Shown here: piece after piece, positions 19,935-30,241 of the stretch
Numbering within the stretch: the first letter of the stretch is position 1
How the letters are laid out: every line of letters begins with the position of its first letter
Source of the DNA: Phycisphaeraceae bacterium
GTDB lineage: Bacteria; Planctomycetota; Phycisphaerae; Phycisphaerales; Phycisphaeraceae
Assembly: GCA_963674705.1 (NCBI GenBank)
Contig: OY771506.1
Span: forward strand, 5,024,001-5,088,000
Direction: 5' to 3'
Length of the DNA: 64,000 nucleotides
Notes under the pieces: generated by a model
Seen by the model: the letters and a program-made list of their open reading frames with translations, nothing else
What the model was told of the DNA's origin: nothing
The model's database searches: none
Made by a program: the position numbers and the translations under genes

Positions 19935-20083
19935 TCCCGGGCACAAGGCCTCCCAGATTTGCGAATCCACCGCGCCCTGAATCCACAGTCGCGGCAAAGT
20001 CCGGATAAGGTTGTCAGTATTCGCCACGGCACGCGACGTGACCTATACTGCCAGACTTTTCACGAACACTCCCGAGGTAATCC

Positions 20084-22453
20084 ATGAAGGTATGGATCAC
20101 GATCCTGGCGATCCTCATCGGGGTAGCGGTAATCCTGGGCGTCAAGATGCAGTCCGCCCAGACCAACGCCCCGAGTAACCGGTCCGCCCAAGTCAGCAAC
20201 GAAACCACGGCACCGGCCGGCGATGCGCCGACTGAGGCAACGGATGAGCAAGTCGCTGATACGGCTGGGGCGGCTGACACGGCAACCGATGCGGCCTCCG
20301 AATCACAAGACGAGGCCGCAGCCGAGACCAAGACCGAGGTAACTGAAGCCGAGAAAACGGCGGATGCGGCTGATGGCACCACGGCTACGGAAAAGGCATC
20401 CGCAAAAAATGATAAGCAGACAACTGAGAGCCACGTGGATCCGATCCCGGGTCTGCACGCGGTCGAAGTCGATGCACAAGTTACCCGTGATGTGACCATC
20501 GGGTATACCGGGCAAGAGGCTGATGGTTCTACGACACAGAAGTCCCCCTTCAAGATGGGTGTCAAGCTCAGCCGCTACGGCGCGGCAGTCCACCGCATCA
20601 CCCTGACAGACTACCTCAAGACCGTCGGCAAAGCGGATCACTACATCGTCCTCGATGAACTGAGGTTTGAAAAGAAGCCCAATGCCGAGTGGTTCGCGTA
20701 CGCCGCCAAGGCGATCACTGTCAATGGCACGCGCATCCCGCTGGAAACCAATCTTGTCTGGGTGACCGGCGACGTCAAAACCGACAACAAGACTTCGAGC
20801 GTCAGCTACACCGCAACGATCGCTGATGGAAACAAAGAGCCGGTGCTGGAAGTCATCCGTACATACAGCCTCACAGCCGACAGCTACGACCTGTCGCTCG
20901 ATCAACGGATCATCAACAAGACCGGCAAAGCATTAGAGGTCCGCTGGGAGCAGAACTTCCAGGGCGACCTTGTCAATGACTCGGGTTATCTTGGGGATCG
21001 TCGAAAATATGTCAGCGGGTACTTCGCCCCGTGGTGGGACAGCACACGTGAAGGCATCTATACACAGGGTGCTGAATTGGTGCGGTCCAAGATCGTCGGC
21101 TCGAAGCGGGCGGATATCTGGCCGGTACGTGGTTTGAACCCTGAAGCGGAACTGACGTGGATCGGCTCATTGAACCGCTACTTCGCGGTCGTCACGCACG
21201 CGGAACTGAATGAGAGCGTGCAGAAGACCGCGGATGTGCCTCGCCTGGACACGATGTTCCCGAAGATCGATCCGTCGATCGCGGTTAGAGACGGCGTGGC
21301 TGAACCGAAGGACGCCGACAAACTGATGATCATCACGGCCGGGACGGATACGCTCGATCTGCCTGCCCACGATGAGAAGGACCTGGGGCTGGGCATCTTC
21401 GCCGGCCCGCGCGAACCTGAACTGTTTACCAATCCCCCCTACTCGACCCTGCACCTGGACCAGACGATCGTGTACAGCCTCGGCGGGATGTGCGCGTTCT
21501 GCACGTTCCAGTGGCTGGCCCACATCCTGCTGTGGCTGCTGAAGCTGTTCGAAGGCCAGGTGCTGGTCATCGGCGGGCTCGGTATCGGTGTGCACGACTG
21601 GGGCGTGTCGATCATCCTGCTGGTTATGCTCGTGCGTCTGCTGCTGCACCCGCTGACTAAGCGTGCACAGATCAACATGATGAAGATGGGCAAGATGATG
21701 CAGGCCATCCAGCCCGAGGTCGAGAAACTCAAGAAGAAGTACAAAGACGATCAGCAGAAGATCAACGCCGAGATGATGAAGCTCTACAAGGAGAAAGGCG
21801 TTAATCCTGCGAACATGCTCGGTTGCCTGCCCATGTTCCTGCAGACGCCGATCTGGATCGCGTTGTATGCGATGCTTTACTACGCGATCGAATTGCGGCA
21901 TCAGCATGCGTTCTGGGGCTTGTTCCAAAAGGGCTCTCATCTTGTCTCGGGAGGCGCTTGGGATTGGGGTTTCCTGGCCGACCTGTCGCGGGCCGACAAC
22001 TTCTTTGTCGTATTTGAACAACCGGTCAAGCTCAACCTGCTTCTGATCCACCCGGACTTCCAGGCGATCAATATCCTGCCGATCCTCATGGCGGTGGTGT
22101 TCTACTTCCAGCAGAAGTTCACGACGCCACCGCCGGCCAACGAGCAGCAGGCCCAGCAGCAGAAGATGATGAAGTTCATGGTCTTCCTGTTCCCGGTCTT
22201 CCTCTACTCGGCGCCGTCGGGTCTGACGCTGTACATCCTCGCCTCGACCACGGCCGGCGTCATCGACAGCTACATCGTGCGTAAGCACATCAAGGAACAG
22301 GAAGAGTCCGGCGAACTGTTTGCCAAGAAACCGCCTAAACCCGGCGGGCTGCGTGACCGGTTCGGCAAGATCATGGAAGCCAAACAGGCCCAAATCGCTG
22401 CCCAGCAACAACAGATGCAGCAGAAGAACTACAAGCAGCGTAAGAAGAAGTAA
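20084..22453 (+). CDS. yidC: Membrane protein insertase YidC with long acidic N-terminal linker
   Basis: WGVSIILLVMLVRLLLHPL, LYKEKGVNP...GCLPMFLQTPIW, PSGLTLY. Upstream of mnmE. Confidence 0.93.
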   Translation: MKVWITILAILIGVAVILGVKMQSAQTNAPSNRSAQVSNETTAPAGDAPTEATDEQVADTAGAADTATDAASESQDEAAAETKTEVTEAEKTADAADGTTATEKASAKNDKQTTESHVDPIPGLHAVEVDAQVTRDVTIGYTGQEADGSTTQKSPFKMGVKLSRYGAAVHRITLTDYLKTVGKADHYIVLDELRFEKKPNAEWFAYAAKAITVNGTRIPLETNLVWVTGDVKTDNKTSSVSYTATIADGNKEPVLEVIRTYSLTADSYDLSLDQRIINKTGKALEVRWEQNFQGDLVNDSGYLGDRRKYVSGYFAPWWDSTREGIYTQGAELVRSKIVGSKRADIWPVRGLNPEAELTWIGSLNRYFAVVTHAELNESVQKTADVPRLDTMFPKIDPSIAVRDGVAEPKDADKLMIITAGTDTLDLPAHDEKDLGLGIFAGPREPELFTNPPYSTLHLDQTIVYSLGGMCAFCTFQWLAHILLWLLKLFEGQVLVIGGLGIGVHDWGVSIILLVMLVRLLLHPLTKRAQINMMKMGKMMQAIQPEVEKLKKKYKDDQQKINAEMMKLYKEKGVNPANMLGCLPMFLQTPIWIALYAMLYYAIELRHQHAFWGLFQKGSHLVSGGAWDWGFLADLSRADNFFVVFEQPVKLNLLLIHPDFQAINILPILMAVVFYFQQKFTTPPPANEQQAQQQKMMKFMVFLFPVFLYSAPSGLTLYILASTTAGVIDSYIVRKHIKEQEESGELFAKKPPKPGGLRDRFGKIMEAKQAQIAAQQQQMQQKNYKQRKKK

Positions 22454-22480
22454 AAGCTAGCTTGGCATGGTTTATCCGGT

Positions 22481-22598
22481 CCCCTCTCCCCCTGGGAGAG
22501 GGTTAGGGTGAGGGCCGGATAGGATTGCATGAACAGTATCAAAGTCGACTCGGGGAATGAGTAGCCCTCACCCCGGCCCTCTCCCAAGGGGAGAGGGG
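22481..22598. repeat. Inverted pair of CCCCTCTCCC-N-GGGAGAGGG-N-GGGTGAGGG palindromic units (empty element)
   Basis: Arms at 22481-22515 and 22564-22598, spacer of about 48 nt. Confidence 0.85.
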
Positions 22599-22644
22599 GT
22601 AAGACTTATTTGTAAACGAGCGCGTCAATCATCTATCACGACGC

Positions 22645-24027
22645 ATGCAACCATTAACGAACAATCAAGACACCATCGTCGCGGTCAGCTCGCCGCCGGG
22701 CCGATCGCTGCGGGGATTGATCCGTTTAAGTGGTGATGATACACACGACATCCTCAGCAAACTGATCGTCGATCCCGTCGACAATGTGTCGCTACGCACG
22801 CTAAGCAAGGTCCGGCTGAAGTCGCCCGATATGCCGGCGTTACTAAGCGTATTTAAAAATCCGCACAGCTACACCGGGCAGGACACGGCCGAACTTCAGG
22901 TGCCGGGTCATCCCGCACTGCTGGATCGGTTGATGCATCAGATGATCGACGCCGGCGCGAGGCTTGCCGAGCCGGGTGAGTTCACGTTTCGCGCGTTCTT
23001 AGCGGGCAAACTCGACCTGACACAAGCCGAGGGCATCGCCGCAACGATTCGGGCGACCAGCGACACGCAACTCAAAGCAGCGCAGCATTTACTTGATGGT
23101 GAACTTGGCGGGTTTGCGCGCGAACTGGTTGATGAACTGGGCACACGCCTGGCGCTGGTCGAAGCGGGGATCGACTTTACGGACCAGGAAGATGTCGTGC
23201 CGATCGGGCCGGGCGAGTTGGATGAACGGTTATCGATGATCGAAGCTCGGTTAACAGAACTGTTAAGTAACAGCCGGTCGTGGAGCGAGGTCGAGGCGTT
23301 GCCTTGGGTGGTGCTGGTCGGTGCACCGAGTGCGGGTAAGAGCACGCTATTCAATGCGCTACTCGGTAAAGAGCGTGCGGTGATCGATGCGGTGCCGGGC
23401 ACAACGCGGGATGTTCTGTGCGAACCGGTGAAACTTAAGACGCAAGACGGCACGGAACGTGAATGGATGCTCGTGGATATCGCGGGCCTTGATGAATCGA
23501 TCAACCCGGATTCACCTTTGGATAAGCAGTCGCAAGCTGTTGCACACGAGGCGATCGAGCGGGCGGATTTGATCGTGCGCGTGGTGGATGGCTCGCAAGT
23601 GCAATCAGTCTCACCAAACGTTCCAAACAACTGCCCCACCATGACCGTCTTGACCAAGGCGGACCTGCCCGGCAATGCGCCGGTATCCTGCAACGATGTG
23701 TTGCATGTCAGCGCCGCGACCGGACAGAACATCGCTCGTTTGCGCGACATGATCGGCGAACAACTGGGGCGGTCCGCGGTGAGTGTGAGCGCGGAGATGC
23801 TTACCTTGCAGCCACGGCATGAGCAGTCGCTGCGTTCAGCTGCGCAGGAACTGGCCCTTGCCCGTCAGCAGCTAGCCCATCAACTGGATGCTCACGCGAT
23901 CGAAGATGTCGAACTGATCGCCGGGCATCTTCGCCAAGCCCTGGACGATCTGGCCGCCCTGGGAGGGCAACTGAGCCCGGATGACGTGATCGGCCGGGTG
24001 TTCTCGACGTTTTGTGTGGGTAAATAG
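22645..24027 (+). CDS. mnmE: tRNA modification GTPase MnmE
   Basis: PHSYTGQD, GEFTFRAFLAGKLDLTQAE, GAPSAGKS, GTTRD, C-terminal FCVGK. Confidence 0.95.
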   Translation: MQPLTNNQDTIVAVSSPPGRSLRGLIRLSGDDTHDILSKLIVDPVDNVSLRTLSKVRLKSPDMPALLSVFKNPHSYTGQDTAELQVPGHPALLDRLMHQMIDAGARLAEPGEFTFRAFLAGKLDLTQAEGIAATIRATSDTQLKAAQHLLDGELGGFARELVDELGTRLALVEAGIDFTDQEDVVPIGPGELDERLSMIEARLTELLSNSRSWSEVEALPWVVLVGAPSAGKSTLFNALLGKERAVIDAVPGTTRDVLCEPVKLKTQDGTEREWMLVDIAGLDESINPDSPLDKQSQAVAHEAIERADLIVRVVDGSQVQSVSPNVPNNCPTMTVLTKADLPGNAPVSCNDVLHVSAATGQNIARLRDMIGEQLGRSAVSVSAEMLTLQPRHEQSLRSAAQELALARQQLAHQLDAHAIEDVELIAGHLRQALDDLAALGGQLSPDDVIGRVFSTFCVGK

Positions 24028-24033
24028 GGATGG

Positions 24034-24120
24034 GGGGTTCGGGATTGGTGATTGGGATAAGATCAAAAAAGTACAGACGAAAATCGAATCCCCAACCCCT
24101 AATCCCCAATCCCGAATCTC
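24034..24120. repeat. Inverted heptamer arrays (GGGATTG / CCCCAAT), empty element
   Basis: GGGGTTCGGGATTGGTGATTGGGAT ... ATCCCCAACCCCTAATCCCCAATCCCGAATCTC around a short A-rich spacer. Confidence 0.75.
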
Positions 24121-24141
24121 GCTACAATCTCCCGTTCAGCC

Positions 24142-24627
24142 ATGGCCAAGAAGAAAGAACAATCGAAGAACCTCAACCCGCGGATCGCGAATCGGCGGGC
24201 GTACCACGATTACCACATCAGCGAGAAGTTCGAGGTGGGGATCGTGCTGACAGGCAGCGAGGTCAAGTCGATCCGCAACGGGCAGGTCTCATTGGCGGAA
24301 GGTTTTGCCATGGTCGAGCCGAACACGATGGAGCTTTGGCTGCACAACGTGGAGGTTTCGCCCTACACGCACGCCGGCCCGCAGAACCAGCACGAACCGA
24401 AACGCAATCGCAAGCTGCTGGCCCGCAAGCGAGAGATCAAGCTGATCCACAACAAACTCGTCAGCAAGGGCGTCACTCTCGTCCCACTGGCGATGTTCTT
24501 CACGCGCGGCAAGATCAAGGTCGAGATCGGCGTCGGCACAGGCAAGAAAGCCTTCGACAAACGCCAGGACATGAAAAAACGCGACGCGGATCGAGAGATC
24601 CGGCGGGGCATGTCTAAACGGATGTAA
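24142..24627 (+). CDS. smpB: SsrA-binding protein SmpB
   Basis: IANRRAYHDY, GIVLTGSEVKSIR, RKLL, GKKAFDKR. Confidence 0.97.
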   Translation: MAKKKEQSKNLNPRIANRRAYHDYHISEKFEVGIVLTGSEVKSIRNGQVSLAEGFAMVEPNTMELWLHNVEVSPYTHAGPQNQHEPKRNRKLLARKREIKLIHNKLVSKGVTLVPLAMFFTRGKIKVEIGVGTGKKAFDKRQDMKKRDADREIRRGMSKRM

Positions 24628-24633
24628 TACTTT

Positions 24634-24750
24634 TTAGCCGCGAATGAACGCTAATAAACGCAAATGGGGATGGGGATTAATCTGATGTGAAGAAATAGAA
24701 TCTAGTTTGATACTTCTGATTCGCGTGTATTTGCGTCCATTTGCGGCTAA
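24634..24750. repeat. Inverted 10-mer arrays (GCGAATGAAC-type), empty element
   Basis: TTAGCCGCGAATGAACGCTAATAAACGCAAAT ... ATTCGCGTGTATTTGCGTCCATTTGCGGCTAA. Confidence 0.8.
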
Positions 24751-24765
24751 CTCTGGATTCCTGCC

Positions 24766-25941
24766 TTGATCCGCCTTTTACTTTTCATCACCTTTGTTGA
24801 ATCGCTGGTTACCTCGCTGGTTGAGCGCGGGATTCTTTTCTATGCCGAGGACCAGCTCGACTTCAGCCGATCGTTAAACCTCTGGCTGGCGTTATTGTTT
24901 GGCTTGTCTTACATGGCCGGGGCGTTTGTCAGCCACGGAGCGGCGCGCCGGTTCGGCGAACGCCGGTGGCTGATGGGGATGGTGCTCGGGCACATCGTCT
25001 TGAACCTGTCGCTGGCGACTGAGCCGGGGGCACTGTGGGTGTTTATCCTCAACTCGCTGCTGGGCTTCACCTCCGGCTCGAAGTGGCCTGTCGTGGAAAG
25101 CTATGTCAGCGCGGGGCTGACACCGAGGCAGGCGGTCACGACGATCGGCCGGTTTAACATGTCATGGAGTTCGGCGGTCGTAATCGCGGTGGCGATCAGC
25201 GGGATGCTGATCGAGTTCTGGCCACCGAGTTTGTTCCTCTTCCCCGGATCGGTAAACATCGGTGTGTTTTTCATCCTGTTTTTGCTGCCCAAACGTCCGA
25301 CGCATCTCGAACAGGACCACCCGGACCGCCCGACCGAAAGGCAGGTCGCCCGGCTCAAATCACTGCTGGCGTCCAGCCGATGGTCGATGTTCGGCAGCTA
25401 CACGCTCTTGTTCCTGCTGGCGACACAGCAGCCGTTCATCTTCGGGGATCGGCTCAATATCGACACCGGGCCCGCCACCGCCTACTCATCCGTGATCGAC
25501 CTCGCTCGATTCGTGGCGTTCTTCGCGATGTGGTTGTGTATCGGCTGGCACGGCAAGCGGTGGGTGCTGATCCTCGGGACGATACTGCTGCCGGCCGGTT
25601 TCCTGCTGACGCTGCTTGGCGCGAATCTGCCAACCGTGCTGGTGGGTGAGTTGCTGTTCGGGATCGCGGCGGGCATCACGTATTACGCTGCGTTGTATTA
25701 CGCACTGGTCGTAGAAAACGCTGCGGTCGAAGCGGGTGGCGCGCATGAGGGACTGATCGGCTCAGGCTTCGCGGTCGGCCCGGCGCTTGGATTGATCGGT
25801 GTGTACATCGGCGCCGCCGGTGCGGGTAGCGCAGGACTCATTGCGCTAAGCAGTTCGCCCTTCCTGATCATCTGCGCAGGCGCAAGCATCTGGATGCTGC
25901 GCGGGGCGAAGATGGGTGATCAATTCCACTTCCCGGAATAA
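24766..25941 (+). CDS. MFS-type transporter
   Basis: About 12 hydrophobic segments. GAARRFGERR loop motif. Confidence 0.75.
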   Translation: MIRLLLFITFVESLVTSLVERGILFYAEDQLDFSRSLNLWLALLFGLSYMAGAFVSHGAARRFGERRWLMGMVLGHIVLNLSLATEPGALWVFILNSLLGFTSGSKWPVVESYVSAGLTPRQAVTTIGRFNMSWSSAVVIAVAISGMLIEFWPPSLFLFPGSVNIGVFFILFLLPKRPTHLEQDHPDRPTERQVARLKSLLASSRWSMFGSYTLLFLLATQQPFIFGDRLNIDTGPATAYSSVIDLARFVAFFAMWLCIGWHGKRWVLILGTILLPAGFLLTLLGANLPTVLVGELLFGIAAGITYYAALYYALVVENAAVEAGGAHEGLIGSGFAVGPALGLIGVYIGAAGAGSAGLIALSSSPFLIICAGASIWMLRGAKMGDQFHFPE

Positions 25942-25996
25942 ATCGAATACAAAATCAAAAGTCAGGCCCGATAGCTATTCGCTAACGATGATAATC

Positions 25997-26083
25997 TCAC
26001 CGCAGAGTACGCAGAGATCGCATAGAATATTCTTTAAAAAACAATCTCTTTCTTCTCTGTGTCCTCTGCGTACTCTGCGGTGA
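25997..26083. repeat. Inverted 9-mer arrays (CGCAGAGNA), empty element
   Basis: TCACCGCAGAGTACGCAGAGATCGCATAG ... CTCTGTGTCCTCTGCGTACTCTGCGGTGA between convergent genes. Confidence 0.85.
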
Positions 26084-26139
26084 ATATATCTCTTCCCCAC
26101 ACCCTATTCTGTGCTTTTTTTGGCAAAAACAAAAGTCAT

Positions 26140-27030
26140 TCACATAAGTTCATCACGTAAGGCGGCTTGGAGTGTGGCGTGTTTGAAGTTGTAACCGGTT
26201 TGCAGAAGCACGGTCGGCTCGACGCGCTGGCTGACCAGTAGCGCTTCATCGGCGAATTGACCGAATGCGAGGCGCAGGCCGAACGGTGGCGCTGGAAAAA
26301 TGGCCGGTCGGTTCAGGATGCCGGAGAGCGTGCTGGTGAAGTCTTTGTTGGTCACAGGCTCGGGCGTGACGAAGTTGACCGGGCCGGCGATGTGGGGTTG
26401 TTCGATCAGGTAAAGCATCGCCTCGACCGTGTCGTGGAGGCTGATCCAGCTCATCCACTGTAAGCCGCTACCCAATCGGCCGCCTAAGCCGAATTTGAAT
26501 AACGGCAGCATCTGCTTGAGCGCCCCGCCCTGCTTCGATAACACGATGCCGAAGCGCGGGTGCACGACGCGTATGCCTGCATCGGCTGCGGGTTTGGCTG
26601 CATCTTCCCAGGCCATTGCGACGACGGGCAGGAAGCCTTCACCTAGTTCGCTGGATTCATCGACAGCGGTGTCGCCGCTATCGCCGTAAAAACCGATGGC
26701 CGAGGCGCTGATTAGGACCTTGGGTTTATGGTTGAGGCCGGCGAGGGTGGATGCGAGCAGGCGTGTACCATCAACGCGACTATCGCGGATGGCTTTCTTC
26801 TTTTCGATCGTCCACTTGCCGAAGACGGATTCACCGGCAAGGTGGATCACTGCGTCAAGAGCCTCGAGCGGCGTCGGGTTCAACTGCGCATGCGGGATCG
26901 ACCAGCGTACATCCGGCGGACGTGACGCATGGTACCGCCCGATCCGGATGACCTCGTGCCCGTCCTCGTTGAATCTTGCCGACAAGGCGCTACCGATCAG
27001 CCCGCCCGCCCCTGTGATCGCGATCCGCAT
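26140..27030 (-). CDS. TIGR01777 family NAD-dependent epimerase/oxidoreductase (YfcH-like)
   Basis: MRIAITGAGGLIG, HLAGE, SASAIGFYG, GSGLQWMSWI, SQRVEP. Confidence 0.9.
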   Translation of the reverse strand: MRIAITGAGGLIGSALSARFNEDGHEVIRIGRYHASRPPDVRWSIPHAQLNPTPLEALDAVIHLAGESVFGKWTIEKKKAIRDSRVDGTRLLASTLAGLNHKPKVLISASAIGFYGDSGDTAVDESSELGEGFLPVVAMAWEDAAKPAADAGIRVVHPRFGIVLSKQGGALKQMLPLFKFGLGGRLGSGLQWMSWISLHDTVEAMLYLIEQPHIAGPVNFVTPEPVTNKDFTSTLSGILNRPAIFPAPPFGLRLAFGQFADEALLVSQRVEPTVLLQTGYNFKHATLQAALRDELM

Positions 27031-27092
27031 GATGTGTCCTCGCTCAAGTTTTGAACTGCACAATCATACCCGCACAAATGAGTAAAGTCGGC

Positions 27093-27962
27093 CTAGGGGG
27101 CGTTGGAAATGTCATTCAGCTTCCAGTCGTAGTCCAGCCATTTGATTGTAGGCTTCTGCCCGGCGTCGATCGCCCGGCGTACTTCAGGCGCCTGGTCGGC
27201 GACATAATCCAGCACGCTGTCGGCTACCGCTTTGAAGTCGTCGCCATACCAATCGTAGAGCGCGGTGAGATAGAGTGTGTTGTTACGCTTGTCGAATCTG
27301 TACCAGCGCGGATGTGAATGCGTGTACGCGGTCTGGTCGCTGAGCTGTTTTTCGAGTTGCTCACCGACGTAGGCTTCATTGCGGAGCTTCGGGCAACTGT
27401 ACGCGGCACATACGAGCGCAAAATGGATGCGTGGCTCCTTGAATTTGGCGCGGATTAATTCGTGTTCGATCTGGTTAAGGCTGTAGGTTTTGCCCGCCAG
27501 ATGCCAGCGCTTGTGATCCCAGCGCTTGGCTTCGGGGATGTCGCGGATACTGTCGATTGGGTAGTAATCGAGGATCAGCCGGAGTGTGAAGGCGTTGTAG
27601 GCGTTGATGAGCAAGGCCAGTTTGTCATCGCGGCTAAGCTCAGCAAACGGGACGTCGGCCAGCAAGGCGATGTACCGATCGAGTTGATCTGCATCTTTGC
27701 TCAGTAATTCATAATCGACCCAGCCGTCGGGATCGACGTGTTTTTTCAGCAGGCTGTCAAAGGTGCTGTGGTCGACCTTTGTTGCAGGGGCTGCCGGGGA
27801 ATCGGTATAGGCTTCCGCCATGACAACGGACGGCGGGCCGAAGGTTTTGACGCCCCACTTATGCAGCCAGCCGTGGTCGCCCGAGCCGGCTACCAGCGAC
27901 CAGACCGCGGCCCCCACCGCTATCGATACAAGTATTCTGTTGATCCAACGTTTGTTTAACAT
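27093..27962 (-). CDS. DUF547 domain protein
   Basis: KLALLINAYNAFT, SLNQIEH, EPRIHFALVCAAYSCP, C-terminal YDWKLN. Confidence 0.88.
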   Translation of the reverse strand: MLNKRWINRILVSIAVGAAVWSLVAGSGDHGWLHKWGVKTFGPPSVVMAEAYTDSPAAPATKVDHSTFDSLLKKHVDPDGWVDYELLSKDADQLDRYIALLADVPFAELSRDDKLALLINAYNAFTLRLILDYYPIDSIRDIPEAKRWDHKRWHLAGKTYSLNQIEHELIRAKFKEPRIHFALVCAAYSCPKLRNEAYVGEQLEKQLSDQTAYTHSHPRWYRFDKRNNTLYLTALYDWYGDDFKAVADSVLDYVADQAPEVRRAIDAGQKPTIKWLDYDWKLNDISNAP

Positions 27963-28007
27963 GGTTTGCTCCGAGCCGGTTTGGACTGACTACAATAGCC
28001 AACGACC

Positions 28008-30098
28008 ATGGACGAAAAAACATTCCAACTTATCAGCGACTTTGAGCCGATGGGAGATCAGCCCGCGGCGATCGATCGGCTGGTCGATAACATCCAGGCC
28101 GGGCAGAGATACCAGACGCTGCTTGGCGCGACCGGCACCGGCAAGACGTTTACGATGGCCAACACCATCGCCCGGGTGAACAAGCCCACGCTCGTGATCA
28201 GCCACAATAAAACCCTTGCCGCCCAACTCTATGAAGAGTTCAAAGAGCTTTTTCCCGATAACGCGGTCAGCTACTTCGTCAGCTACTACGACTACTACCA
28301 GCCCGAAGCTTACATCCCGCAGCGGGATATCTACATCGAAAAAGACGCCTCGCGAAACGATGACCTGGACCGGCTTCGCCTCGCGGCGACGACACACCTG
28401 GTCAGCCGACGGGATGTGATCATCGTCGCATCCGTCTCGGCGATCTTTGGTTTGGGTTCGCCAAACGAATACAAAGCCGCCGTCCTGACGCTGCGCAAGG
28501 GTGAAGAGATCGATCGTCAGGAATTCTTGAGCATTCTGTCGGACCTTCAGTACACGCGCAGTGATTTTGAACTGAAGCGCGGTTCGTATCGCGTGCGTGG
28601 CGACGTGATCGAGTTGCACCCGGCGGCAGAAGAATTCGCATACCGCGTTGAGCTGTTTGGCGATGAGATCGAGGGATTGCAATTTATCGATCCGCTGACG
28701 GGTGAGTTGCTTGCCGATGAAAACGAATTGATGATCTTTCCCGCGGTGCATTACGTCATGCCCGAAGATCGGCTCGAAGCAGCGATCGAGGGGATCAAGG
28801 AGGAGCTGGATAAACAGGTCATGCACCTGCGCAGCCAGGGCAAGCTGCTGGAAGCGCAGCGGCTTCTTGCGCGAACGAAGTATGACCTTGAGATGATCCA
28901 GGAAGTCGGGTACTGCTCGGGGGTGGAAAATTACTCGCGGTTCTTCGATAACCGCCCCGCCGGGTCGCGGCCGTTCTGCCTGTTCGACTATTTCCCGACC
29001 GACGATTGGCTGCTGATCATCGATGAAAGCCACGTCACGCTGCCGCAGCTTAGCGCGATGTACAACGGGGATCAGAAGCGTAAGGAAACGCTGGTCAACT
29101 TCGGGTTCCGCCTGCCGTCGGCGCTGGACAATCGGCCGCTTAAGTTCGAGGAAATCGAAGAGCTTTGGCCCCAGGTGGTGTTCGTCTCAGCGACGCCTGG
29201 CAAGTACGAGCTGGAAAAATGCCAAGGCGAAGTCGTCGAACAGATCATCCGCCCCACCGGGCTGCTCGATCCGGTGATCGAAGTCGTGCCCGCGCAAGGG
29301 CAGGTGCCGGACCTTTTGGAGCGTGCAAAACAGCGCGTCGTCAAGGGCGAACGCACACTCGTTACGACACTGACCAAACGGCTCGCGGAAGACCTGGCAT
29401 CGTATCTCTCTGCCGAAGGATTGAATTGCCGGTACCTGCACAGTGAAATCGACACGCTGGACCGCGTGCAGATCCTGCGGGAGTTGCGTGAAGGTGAGTT
29501 TGATGTGCTGGTCGGCGTGAACCTGTTGCGTGAAGGGCTCGACCTGCCGGAGGTTTCGCTGGTCGCGATCATGGACGCGGACAAGACCGGGTTCCTGCGC
29601 AGCACAACCAGCCTGATCCAGCAGATCGGCCGCGCGGCGAGAAATGCCAACGCGTTGGTCGTGTTGTACGGCGACACCATCAGCCCGGCGATGCAGGCGT
29701 CGATTGAGGAAACCAACCGCCGGCGCGTGAAGCAACTCGCCTATAACGAGAAGCACGGCATCGAACCGGAGACGGTCAAGAAAGCCATCCGTATGGGCCT
29801 GGAGCTAGAACTGCGTGCCCGCAAGACCGCCCGTGAAGCGCTCGCCGGCGCAGGACAGGACAGCGAAGAAGCCTTCGATAAGGCCGAATTAATCAATGAG
29901 TTTGAGAAGCAGATGCTTGAGGCGGCCAACGCGCTGGAATTTGAGAAGGCGGCACAACTGCGTGACAAGATCAAGGAACTCAAAGCGTCACCGGATATGG
30001 GATCTATGCGTTCAGGCACAAGTAAATCACGACGCCCCAAACCGGGCGCGCCGGGAACGAAGGTGATCAAGAAAAAGAAGAAGCGTAAAAGCGTCTAA
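28008..30098 (+). CDS. uvrB: Excinuclease ABC subunit B
   Basis: GATGTGKT, FVSYYDYYQPEAY, DESH, LREGLDLPEV, C-terminal UVR domain. Confidence 0.98.
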   Translation: MDEKTFQLISDFEPMGDQPAAIDRLVDNIQAGQRYQTLLGATGTGKTFTMANTIARVNKPTLVISHNKTLAAQLYEEFKELFPDNAVSYFVSYYDYYQPEAYIPQRDIYIEKDASRNDDLDRLRLAATTHLVSRRDVIIVASVSAIFGLGSPNEYKAAVLTLRKGEEIDRQEFLSILSDLQYTRSDFELKRGSYRVRGDVIELHPAAEEFAYRVELFGDEIEGLQFIDPLTGELLADENELMIFPAVHYVMPEDRLEAAIEGIKEELDKQVMHLRSQGKLLEAQRLLARTKYDLEMIQEVGYCSGVENYSRFFDNRPAGSRPFCLFDYFPTDDWLLIIDESHVTLPQLSAMYNGDQKRKETLVNFGFRLPSALDNRPLKFEEIEELWPQVVFVSATPGKYELEKCQGEVVEQIIRPTGLLDPVIEVVPAQGQVPDLLERAKQRVVKGERTLVTTLTKRLAEDLASYLSAEGLNCRYLHSEIDTLDRVQILRELREGEFDVLVGVNLLREGLDLPEVSLVAIMDADKTGFLRSTTSLIQQIGRAARNANALVVLYGDTISPAMQASIEETNRRRVKQLAYNEKHGIEPETVKKAIRMGLELELRARKTAREALAGAGQDSEEAFDKAELINEFEKQMLEAANALEFEKAAQLRDKIKELKASPDMGSMRSGTSKSRRPKPGAPGTKVIKKKKKRKSV

Positions 30099-30241
30099 AA
30101 GAAAAACGGATTATTCAATTAATCTTTGTGCGAAACGCTGTAGACACATCAAAATACAAGCCCCGTAATTCTGTATACATACTTCACCAATCCGATACAA
30201 TATCGGAGCGTTCGGTGTTGATATCTTGTTTTGGATAACTG

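Noticed and set aside
21167..22411. Long antisense ORFs (e.g. 21167-22411, 8672-9832, 27990-29033, 6443-7345)
   Set aside because: These are shadows of high-GC genes on the opposite strand with no recognisable motifs.
24142..24765. tmRNA (ssrA) next to smpB
   Set aside because: No tRNA-like ends or tag reading frame. The downstream sequence is a repeat element.
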